A DNA stretch of 20,000 nucleotides from Hydrurus foetidus (lineage: Eukaryota). Shown here one piece after another: positions 10,173-19,291 of the stretch. Below the pieces are notes generated by a model. That model was not told the DNA's origin. It was given only the letters and a program-made list of their open reading frames with translations, and ran no database searches. The position numbers were made by a program, and so were the translations under genes. The stretch spans positions 44,182 through 64,181 of the forward strand of contig UYFQ01000417.1 of NCBI GenBank assembly GCA_900617105.1, written 5' to 3'. Positions within the stretch are counted from its first letter, which is position 1. Every line of letters starts with the position of its first letter.

Positions 10173-10236
10173 ACGTTAACTCCATTTGCTTTCGGCATTT
10201 CTCCTGAGCTTAGCGCTGAGAATATGAGAAAGAGTG

Positions 10237-13200
10237 ATGCTCGCATGCGAATTCGATAAGAAATACGCATCGGATAAACTCGACCCATTGTTTCAACACA
10301 GATATACGCGTCGTATGATAGCGTTGGGTGCCGAACCTGATACAGCCGTAGTCGAGTCTTTTACACCTCATTACGACAAGCTGAAATATCCAGGCGGCAA
10401 ACCATCCTCTGATAAGAGAGAAACATATGGATTGTACGAGTATCCAAACAAGAAGAGCATATTGCATGGTCAATCTTCTTCGAAGAGCAACGTCTCTTGT
10501 GTCCATACAATGTCGACATGTAACGATACTCAGATGGAAATCGAGGGAGTCATGACCCAAGATCCCTGTGGTGTTGTAGGTTGTGAGCGACTGAATAGTG
10601 TCACTACTATTCTCGCAAAACGTACGGGTGATACACCGCACCTAGGTGGCGACCAGATTCCCACCCCTACAAACACTTCTGAGGACTCTGATACCTTAGA
10701 CTATGTCACTGAGCCTTTATGGCCCAGTGGTGTCGCACTCTCAGTTGACGAGATTGACGATGGCAAGATAGATACGTTTGCCCCCTTCTTGGCGGAGAAA
10801 CCTAGTCAAGATGACTTGCCCAAAGGGCCAGAGGATTTCCTCAAAGAGATTACCTTTGAAGGAGATGAAAGCTTTCAAAGGAAGCTCCGAGAGCTCTGTT
10901 CTGAATATTCAGACATCTTCAGTGATCAATTAGCTGAGAAACCAGCGTCACTTAAACCCTTTGAGATTAACATCCCACTTGAGTTGTGGGAAAAAGACGA
11001 AAACCGTACGCCGGTACGTCCCCAGTCATCAACGAAAGAGGTTGCTCTCAAAGAAAACCTTGACGAGATGCTTGCATCAGGGGTTATAGAGCGATCAGAT
11101 GCCGCTTATTACAGTCATCCTGTAATAGTAACTAAGTCACCCGGTAAATTTCGAACCTGCATCGATTACCGGCCACTTAATAGGTGTCTTAAGCCGGCCT
11201 CATTCCCGTTACCAAATATCAAACACCTCTTTGAGAGGATCGGTAATAAAAAACCGGATATTTTTGGTGTGATGGATTTAACCGCTGGTTACCATCAAGC
11301 ACCGTTACACCCCGCACACCGCATTTTTACGGCATTCATATGCTTTGCGGGGGTATTTCAGTTTACGAGACTGCCCTTTGGTCCGTGTCGAGCCCCCTCT
11401 TACTTTCAAGAGCAGATGGTAACGGCGGTCCTCTATGGCCTTATCTATCATTGTTGCGAGATGTATCTCGACGATTGTATAGTATATGGCAAGGGTGAAG
11501 CAGAGTTTCTTACTAACTTGAAAAAAGTTTTTGCAAGATTTAGACTTAAGGGTCTAAGACTCAAAGCTAAAAAATGCCGTTTCGGCCTTCCACGTATTGA
11601 ATACGTTGGCAGAGTCGTTGACAAAGATGGTCTATCCATGTCAAAAGAGAAGATAGAAACAGTTTTAAACTTTTCTATACCTAAAAATTTAACCTTACTC
11701 AGGTCATTTTTGGGTTTAGCGAACTATTTTCGACAGTTTGTACCAATGCATTCCACTTTGGTTAAGCCAATGCAGGATATGATTGATCACTCTGCTCCGA
11801 GACGTTCTGCTGTAGTTTGGACTCAAAAGAGCACCAACTCATTTGTTGACACAAAGATTGCTATATCTCGTTGTCCATTAATGTACTTCATTGATGACAA
11901 TAAGTTAGACATCCGCTTGTATACAGACGCATCCGACTTTGGTATCGGTGGGGTCTTATTCCAAGTTGTTGGTGCCATTTGGCAACCAATTGCTTTCATT
12001 AGCAAATCGTTGACACCCACACAAATAAGGTGGTCTACGATACAAAAAGAGGCTTATGCCATCTTCTTTTGTTGTACACAACTCGATTATCTAATCAGAG
12101 ATCGTACGTTCACTATCCATACGGATCATTTGAACATAACATATATGAAACAAAATCCTACCTCAATGGTGGCGAGATGGTTCATTGCTATGCAAGAACT
12201 AGATTTTACCGTGGTATTCGTACCCGGTACTTCGAATGTTTTGGCAGACGCACTGTCAAGGCTTTGTCCTAATCTGACAGAAATTGCTCTGCCATTACGA
12301 ACAGAAGAATTGGAATTACTTCCTACTTCATCATCGTCTTTCACTGTATCAGCTCTGACGGTCATAGAACCAGCTTCAGACGATCAGTTAGAATACATTC
12401 AAATGTGCCACAATGCAATTGTCGGTCACAACGGCGTAGACCGTACCCTTACTCGGTTGTTTAGTTTACAACAAGTATGGAAACACATGAAACAACATGT
12501 ACGTACGTTCATACAGAACTGTCCGTGTTGTCAAAAGTTGAGTGCAAAAGATCCTAAGATCAATGCGTCTCATTTTGCAACTTCAAATTATGCTATCTTC
12601 GATACGCTAAATGTTGACTATATTGGTCCATTTCCTGACAAAGGTTATATCCTTGTCATCATCGATACATTCACACGATGGACAGAATTGTTCTGGTGTG
12701 CAGACGCAGATGCTAAATCAGCAGCTGACTGTTTGCTTGCGCATTTTGGTCGATTTGGATCACCAAATATGATTAGATCTGATCGAGGATCACATTTCGC
12801 AAATGAATTGATCAAAGAATTCTTAGATCTTTGTGGAACACCACATAATCTCACCCTTGCTTACTCGAAACAAGAGAATGCAATTGTTGAAAGAGTCAAC
12901 AAAGAGGTGAATAGACACTTAAGAGGTTTAGTTTTTGATAAACAAACCCTTGAGGGATATGCTAAGTCAATCCCATTCGTGCAACGTATCATTAACGGTT
13001 CAGTTAATAGACGCACAGGTGTCTGCCCCGCTCATTTATTGTTCGGGAACAAACTTGATTTGAATCGTGGTATTCTCACTCCACACTTAAGTGTCGGAAC
13101 ACATTCAAGATCAACGTACATATCAGATTTGATAAGTGTACAAGACAAAGTACTTGAAACTGCGGTTCAAACTTTGTTAAAAGCGGATGCTAAAAATGCC

Positions 13201-13662
13201 GCGTCAGCTGAATCAGCGACTGTGTTCCCCGTGGGGTCATATGTCTTATGCCGATACACTGATCGACCTCCAACTCGATTACATACTAAGTGGCATGGCC
13301 CTTACTGTATTGTCTCCTTTAAGGGGTCCGAGTATGTTATCGCTAATCTTGTAAACCACAAGACACGAAGTGTTCACGTCAAGAATTTGAAAATATTCAA
13401 TTATGACCCAGAGGTAGATATACCTGCTGACACTGCTCGTCGCGATTACATGGAGTTCGTGGTTGAGAAAGTTCTGGGTCACGCTGGTGACACCAAGAAA
13501 CCGACTACAATGTCGTTCCATGTTAAATGGCTCAACTACGATGACTCTCATAATACATGGGAGCCGTGGAAATCACTACGGCTCTGTGAAGCACTCCATG
13601 ATTATTTACGGGATAATAAAATGAAACATTTCATTCCCAGGAACATTGAGACATCAGCCTAA
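10237..13662 (+). CDS. pol: Pol polyprotein: reverse transcriptase - RNase H - integrase - chromodomain (no protease domain)
   Basis: RT: CIDYRPLN, DLTAGYHQ, LPFG, YLDD. RNase H: LYTDASDFGIG, HTDH, ADALSR. Integrase: HNAIVGH..CPCC, VDYIGP, SDRGSHF, VERVN, WHGPY. Chromodomain: VEKVLGH..VKWLNYDDSHNTWEP. An in-frame stop at 10225 lies upstream. Confidence 0.96.
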   Translation: MLACEFDKKYASDKLDPLFQHRYTRRMIALGAEPDTAVVESFTPHYDKLKYPGGKPSSDKRETYGLYEYPNKKSILHGQSSSKSNVSCVHTMSTCNDTQMEIEGVMTQDPCGVVGCERLNSVTTILAKRTGDTPHLGGDQIPTPTNTSEDSDTLDYVTEPLWPSGVALSVDEIDDGKIDTFAPFLAEKPSQDDLPKGPEDFLKEITFEGDESFQRKLRELCSEYSDIFSDQLAEKPASLKPFEINIPLELWEKDENRTPVRPQSSTKEVALKENLDEMLASGVIERSDAAYYSHPVIVTKSPGKFRTCIDYRPLNRCLKPASFPLPNIKHLFERIGNKKPDIFGVMDLTAGYHQAPLHPAHRIFTAFICFAGVFQFTRLPFGPCRAPSYFQEQMVTAVLYGLIYHCCEMYLDDCIVYGKGEAEFLTNLKKVFARFRLKGLRLKAKKCRFGLPRIEYVGRVVDKDGLSMSKEKIETVLNFSIPKNLTLLRSFLGLANYFRQFVPMHSTLVKPMQDMIDHSAPRRSAVVWTQKSTNSFVDTKIAISRCPLMYFIDDNKLDIRLYTDASDFGIGGVLFQVVGAIWQPIAFISKSLTPTQIRWSTIQKEAYAIFFCCTQLDYLIRDRTFTIHTDHLNITYMKQNPTSMVARWFIAMQELDFTVVFVPGTSNVLADALSRLCPNLTEIALPLRTEELELLPTSSSSFTVSALTVIEPASDDQLEYIQMCHNAIVGHNGVDRTLTRLFSLQQVWKHMKQHVRTFIQNCPCCQKLSAKDPKINASHFATSNYAIFDTLNVDYIGPFPDKGYILVIIDTFTRWTELFWCADADAKSAADCLLAHFGRFGSPNMIRSDRGSHFANELIKEFLDLCGTPHNLTLAYSKQENAIVERVNKEVNRHLRGLVFDKQTLEGYAKSIPFVQRIINGSVNRRTGVCPAHLLFGNKLDLNRGILTPHLSVGTHSRSTYISDLISVQDKVLETAVQTLLKADAKNAASAESATVFPVGSYVLCRYTDRPPTRLHTKWHGPYCIVSFKGSEYVIANLVNHKTRSVHVKNLKIFNYDPEVDIPADTARRDYMEFVVEKVLGHAGDTKKPTTMSFHVKWLNYDDSHNTWEPWKSLRLCEALHDYLRDNKMKHFIPRNIETSA

Positions 13663-13986
13663 GTTGCTGATCTCGAACGTATTATCTTTTGAAGATTTTT
13701 CCTAATTTTTTTCCTCTATGAGGTTTTTATGGTTTTAGTCAGTAAAAATCTGACATAATTACGTATCGAGGTCTCGTGCGCAAGTACATGGTACTAGGCA
13801 CCCACCTTATCGCCTTGACCGACCCACCACCAAGTCTATTTGTATAGATTTTTATTTTTATACATTTCAATGTATTATTAGATTTACATATTTGTAATCT
13901 TTTTCTTTATTATTCCTTTAGTTAGTTTTAGTTGTATTAGATTTTTGTACAAAACGTGGTGGTCGCGTCATAGGTTCTTTTTCTTC

Positions 13987-14009
13987 AGAAAAAAGATAAG
14001 TGGGGGTGA
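13987..14009 (+). other. Polypurine tract
   Basis: AGAAAAAAGATAAGTGGGGGTGA directly before the 3' LTR. Confidence 0.85.
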
Positions 14010-14215
14010 TGTGGTCGGACCGGCTATACCGGGCCTACGGGCCGTACCGGACCTAGTCCCGATCCATCCGATCCTACCGCCTACTGTACACATACATCTC
14101 TAGCGCAGCTGCTAGCTAGCTCTAGCCTACTCGTAGAAGTTACCCTAGCTTCAAGCTTAGACTTGTAACTAACTAACACCTCCTCTCTATCGACCTACTT
14201 CCTATCCGGACTACA
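14010..14215 (+). repeat. 3' LTR (206 bp)
   Basis: Direct repeat of 8004-8209. Confidence 0.97.
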
Positions 14216-14227
14216 GCAGATTGTCAT

Positions 14228-14499
14228 TGACTGCATTCGATTGTAATGTGAAAAACGATGATGAGATGATAAAATTTTCAAAATTCGATATTGTCAAATC
14301 GATTTTGAAGTCAATTTTTGTCCGATTTCAGAATTGAACAGCAGCACCTTGATTGTCCTGACGTTGTCGAGGTTATCAGCTGCTCAGGAGTGAATTCTAT
14401 GCTGTGTGAAAGAATGTCTACCTTTAGGATTGTGATGTTTGAAGATTGGGTTGAGTGTGTCAATGTTGGAAAAGTACCGTTCGGGGTGTGTGTTCACTG
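14228..14499 (-). repeat. Right long TIR of the Tc1-like element (contains the transposase ATG)
   Basis: Inverted copy of 3821-4101. Confidence 0.93.
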
Positions 14500-14521
14500 A
14501 CAGGCAGAAGTGAAACCACAA

Positions 14522-14759
14522 TAGTTGACTGAGTACTTTGGCCGAGCTGGCCGAGCTGGCCGAGCTGGCTGAGTTGGCCGAGCTGGCCGAGCTGGCTGAG
14601 TTGGCCGAGCTGGCCGAGCTGGCCGAGCAGGCCGAGTACTGGCCGAGTTGGCCGAGTTGGCCGAGATGGCCGAGAAAATGAAATTCAGCTCGACCAAGAC
14701 CTCGGCCAGTGGCCGAGGCCGAGCTGGCCGAGCTGAACTCGGCCCGGCCACCAGCCCTA
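14522..14759. repeat. hAT right end: 9-nt TGGCCGAGC subterminal array plus TIR
   Basis: Direct repeat of 1112-1358; ends in CCAGCCCTA. Confidence 0.85.
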
Positions 14760-15010
14760 TAATATATGCTAGTATACAGTAATCAACCGGTATCCACGGT
14801 TGATTTCGGTACCCTACATTCAAACTTTCAAACTAGTGGCTGATTGATTATCCACACACACGGATTGATTCGATGTGTGAGGGTTCCATTCCACTCGGTG
14901 AGCAATAGAATACACCAGCAGCAGGATATTGTCGGAGATCTCAGTGGCGTCTCGCCGCCTCAAAGGCAACACACGCGCGTCTGGTTTCCTCACGTCTACC
15001 CGCAAACAAA

Positions 15011-16764
15011 ATGAAGCGGACATCTGATGAGGCGCTCAAAGACTCGAAGCAATGCAGTGTCTTCCCTTATTCAATTCTTTATAGGGAACTCACGGAGATA
15101 CTCACCTCTAGCACAGAAATCATATTTTCCCTGATGCAAGATCGATCGAAAAAACATTCGGCAGCATCACATGATGACGCCATGGGCCCATGGATTAAGG
15201 ACGGCTTACTGCACTCAAAACTTGTAGAGCTGAAAGGATGTGCCGAGGTCGTGTCAAAGTCGTGCACGAAGTTGACGCTTATAGTAACAAAAGCCCCATC
15301 TGCTAATTCTCTCACAAGCATTTTACGTGAGATGTCTGATTATGTCAGATCATTCGTTGGAAGCTACATGTAAGTTACTGGATTCTGGACTTTCACAGCA
15401 ACTACACGCATTATTGTGTCAGGTTGAGTACTGATTTACCTAGAAATTGAGGGGATTTTCGATTTTATTCTTGTCGAGATGGCTGCTATGCATTAATCCA
15501 CATTACTGAGCACATTTTTAGTATCAGTGCTCCACTGAATGCAACGGAAGCTGATGCTCATATGATTTTATTCAGGTCATTGACAGAGTGCTCTCTTGGG
15601 AATCCTTTTTTTGTTCTGGTTTCCACGAAAGTTAGGTGAGCTCGTTTTTGGCAGATTGATCCGCCTTTTTCTGGACGCCTTTTAAAGACGTTGTTGTTCA
15701 TTGTGTTGAGCAGGAGCGAACTAATGCAAGTGATTGATCTTGTTTCAGTGCTGTCGAAAGGGGCACTTACCAACGCTACCAGGTGAGCAACTCTTCTTCA
15801 TCTTGTTTGATTTCAAACTCTGACTAGCTATGAAAACATGGATACCCTACAGCGCAACTGGAATGGTCTGGAAAACTTGCGAAAATGTTCAAGCTCTCCC
15901 GCTATCGAATAAAGCGGCATATCGAAGACACATAATGGAGGTATACTATGCCACGCATCTAACGCCAACTCCCCCGACGTAAAATAACTCTTACTATTTA
16001 CCTATCTGTATCTTACCAATGACCAGAAAATGTCAATTATCAAAGACACTATCCGTGAGTTTGAGGAATACCTTCAGTCGGCGAAATCGAAAATGGACAA
16101 TATGATGGAAAATTTGACAGTGCAGGATGAAAACTGTAATGGAAGAATGGCTATTGATGAAAGAACTAGTGATGATGATGAAGAGGAGGGAGAAGAAGGA
16201 GAAGAGTTCGATGGTGATGGGGATGAGGGATACGAGTGCGCGGACTTCGAGCAGATTGAAGAAAGCATTCTACTCATGCAGATGTCTCATGAAGCGCTGA
16301 AGACAGGGCTGGAGGTCATGACTGTGACAGCGGACAGAATTTCAAGAGTCCAAGAACCACCGAATATTATTAGTTCCGAAGTAGAAAGCAGCACTGTCGA
16401 TTCCGATGCAGAATCTAAACCTGTCATGAATTCATTGAAATCGGGTTTATTAATCTCAGATGATGTGTTAAAGGGATACAGCTGCGATCAGTGGGTAGCG
16501 GATATATCCCATCAGTCAGAGGCCATTGAAGGTGATGTTACTGATTTTGGTGCACTGCTATATCCTCCTCTAGACGCCTCTGTTGTCACAGATATTGAAG
16601 TCAGTGGGAAGGCACTTAGAGATGCTATCTCTACATATCTCACTCTGCTGCGAAAAATTGATAACACTTCTACAGAACCGCTAGTTATTATGGAAACTTT
16701 TTTTGCTAAATTTCAGTTATTTAGACGTAACTCAAAATGCTTCAGTGACTCATCTGTCAAATAG
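15011..16764 (+). CDS. GCIP / cyclin-D1-binding protein 1 (CCNDBP1)-like protein, 5 exons, ~437 aa
   Basis: Exons 15011-15369, 15576-15635, 15714-15782, 15853-15940 and 16027-16764 sum to 1314 nt in frame. Motifs SCTKLTL, ATGMVWKTCENVQALPLSNKAA, IIKDTIREFEE, an acidic tract and VTDFGALLYPP resemble the GCIP family. Confidence 0.8.
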
Positions 16765-17500
16765 TGACAAAGAGGATGCCTCCAATTTATTGTCCAATTA
16801 TGTAAACAACTATTTCTTATATCGTAAAGCTCTGGAATTTGCAAAAAGAATTCTCCTCAGCGCAAAACATATCTACTCGATTTGTGAGGTCACATTAAAT
16901 GTTTCCATTGAAACTTCGGAGTTATGCGCTGTGACAGGTGCAGAAGGCTCTATTCACTGTTCAGCACTGATTTGAGTGAAGTGCGTAGCACACACACTGA
17001 CCGGCACACTGTTAACACTCGCTGAAGAAATTGTTTGTCATCGTAATTCCAGATTGACGACGAGCGAGATCGTACCTCATACGACATTCATTATTTGGTG
17101 TAAGATAGACTGACGACTTCTGATGACCTTACCAAGGATATGGTTGGTGAGAAGACGCACTGTTTGAGGTAGATATGGCTGACTGTAAAGCTGCCGCGAG
17201 TAAGCGCAAAGATAAGATATGTTGTGACGATTATAGGCCGATTCCGTGGCTTAAATTATGATTTATGAAGGACATAAATAAATTCTGATCTAAATTGAAA
17301 AACATACTTACAACGACATAGAAAAAAACAGCAATACCTATTGCCTGAAAGTGGCTTAGCAAAACATGCTTGAAGAAGGATGAGACTCCAAAGACAACTG
17401 ACACAGCTGACTGCAACGCACTAATATCCTATTCTCACGAGGGAATGGGAATAAACAAAGTCTAATGATTGAACATAAGGTTCGATGGGGCTCCAATGAT

Positions 17501-18301
17501 TTACTTGTAGCGAGGAGAGTCGTCCTTGAGGAGGCCATAATAAGTCCAGATAGGATCCATCTCCCACACAGGGAGGGTGAACAAACTGTTCTTCTTTGTC
17601 AGGAGACCAGCATAGGCGGCATACCAGGCGATAATGGCCGCAATGATGCCGCAGATACCTCCTGCGCGTTGCACGTACAGATCGCCTCCTCTGAACTGAG
17701 CGATCGAGAGGAACAGGAAAGTAAGGAACACCATGAAGAACAGCACAAACAGAACCATTGTGGTTCTGTGAGATGCGATGCACATGAACAGAGAGAACAT
17801 GCCCCAGGCCAGCAGGTAGATGCCAAGGCAGTCGTGGAGATCTTGAATTGGCGCACCGGCCTGGAAGTAAGGCTTCAGGAAACCGAACGCATCGATGAAC
17901 AAGGCGCCGAAGGACATCCAGAAGCCACCATATGATGAGAAAGCCAAGGCACCGAAAGTGTTGCCGGTTTTGAACTCCCACATGCCGGCTAGAAGCTGGC
18001 AAAGTCCACCGTAGAACAGTGCGAGGCCCATGACGACACCGTGGGATTTGGCGTTGAGAGAGACAATTGCTCCAGTGTTATACATCGACAGCACGAAAGT
18101 AGTAAGCGCGAAGCCGCAAAGACCAAGAGGAGCGGGATTCGCAATTGTTGGGAACTGCTGGGAGAGGAAGCCATGTAGCTTCTCTTCTTTCTCGAAGTAC
18201 CGGTAGGTTGGGTTGGCAATTGGTTGGACATCGGTGAAGGCTTTTCCCTCGACTCCGATCTCGATGTCAGCGACTTGGTTGGAAATCATTTGGACCGACA
18301 T
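17501..18301 (-). CDS. GPR1/FUN34/YaaH (Ady2/SatP, AceTr) acetate uptake transporter
   Basis: Signature ANPAPLGLCGFALTTF, plus FYGGLCQLLAGMWEF and GNTFGALAFSSYGGFW. About six hydrophobic segments; intronless, 266 aa. Confidence 0.95.
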   Translation of the reverse strand: MSVQMISNQVADIEIGVEGKAFTDVQPIANPTYRYFEKEEKLHGFLSQQFPTIANPAPLGLCGFALTTFVLSMYNTGAIVSLNAKSHGVVMGLALFYGGLCQLLAGMWEFKTGNTFGALAFSSYGGFWMSFGALFIDAFGFLKPYFQAGAPIQDLHDCLGIYLLAWGMFSLFMCIASHRTTMVLFVLFFMVFLTFLFLSIAQFRGGDLYVQRAGGICGIIAAIIAWYAAYAGLLTKKNSLFTLPVWEMDPIWTYYGLLKDDSPRYK

Positions 18302-18470
18302 ACTTCGATGTTGGAAATGTTGGATAATATGAATCTATCCCCAAAGTGTCGAGTGATTGTATAGGCTGATGACGGCGTGACATCACGCCACGAGCTGTTC
18401 GCTTGAAGTTGACGTTAGCAAATATTTGGTGATGACCGTTTGATTTCCTTTGGTTGAGAGGTGCCCTCGA

Positions 18471-18619
18471 TTGAACGTAGGGAAATGGGGTGTACTCGGA
18501 AGGCGTGCCTCATTCTTCAGCAGCTCTCTATTGAACGTAGAGAAATGGGGTGCATTTAGAAGGCATGGCCTCAAATTTTAGCGTCTGTTTATAAAGGTTG
18601 AACGTAGAGAAATGGGGTG
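18471..18619. repeat. Three copies of TTGAACGTAGRGAAATGGGGTG upstream of the acetate transporter
   Basis: Copies at 18471, 18531 and 18598. The first two extend further (GAAGGC..GCCTCA). Confidence 0.85.
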
Positions 18620-19291
18620 TACGTAACGTACTATACGTGTCACAGTACGTTACGGTATATCCGGTATAAATATACCGGATTAGTGACAAAGTCTTATATC
18701 TTAGGCTGCAATTCGTGGCAACGGAATACCCTTACTTTAATGGATTGCTCAATATTATGGACACTTTGCCTCCCTCCATTTGTTACAACATCATTCCACC
18801 CGAGAAAAAGGAGTAGCGTGTATGACTCTCCCATTCCTCTTGAAACTCTTCCCATTCGAGTTGCCGCTTCTTCAGCCATTCCGATGATGTGTTCTGCTTT
18901 CGAAGTGATTTCGAAAGCGCAACGTCGACTTTAATTCCTTTCTCGATTGCTACAAATAGTCCACGGAATAAACTCGTTTTACACGTGGAGGATTTGAAGA
19001 AGCGAAGTCGGAAAGCGTAGGAATTTTCAGGAATCCCCCATGAATCAACTTTTTACGGAAGAAAGTTCACGGCTTTCTGAAATGTATGGCCGTATTCTGT
19101 TGCCATAAATTGCAGCCTTATACTTTATATTACTATGGCACCCTAATAACAGGAAACTATAAGAAAGGAAGAAAAAACTATTTTGAGAGAAAAAAAAACT
19201 ATTTCAGATAATCTAGAACTTGAAAAGTAGGACAAGAACTATTAGAGAAGTTGCGACTACTTTCGACGAACTCGCCACCGTTTCCAACAAT

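Larger units (their letters stand above)
8004..14215 (+). mobile_element. Ty3/Gypsy chromodomain LTR retrotransposon, full length (6212 bp), lacking gag
   Basis: 206-bp TG...CA LTRs, 4-bp TSD GCAG (8000-8003 and 14216-14219), a PPT, and RT-RH-IN-chromodomain order. Confidence 0.97.
3821..14499 (-). mobile_element. IS630/Tc1/mariner-superfamily DD34E transposon with long TIRs and two convergent genes (~4.46 kb without the LTR insertion)
   Basis: CAGTG...CACTG termini, ~275-bp inverted repeats and a DD34E transposase. No TA TSD is visible. Confidence 0.85.
1413..14759 (-). mobile_element. Defective hAT DNA transposon hosting nested elements
   Basis: Left TIR TAGGGGTGGTGGCCGAGC at 1413 matches the right TIR (reverse complement TAGGGCTGGTGGCCGGGC) ending at 14759. 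TGGCCGAG subterminal arrays lie at both ends, with a hAT transposase 3' fragment inside. No 8-bp TSD is seen (ATGCTCCG vs TAATATAT). Confidence 0.75.

Noticed and set aside
17421..18231. Overlapping ORFs of 80-193 aa around the acetate transporter, and short ORFs inside pol
   Set aside because: Shadow frames of real coding sequences.
18617..18934. ORFs between the transporter and the second LTR
   Set aside because: No recognisable motif or consistent splice model.
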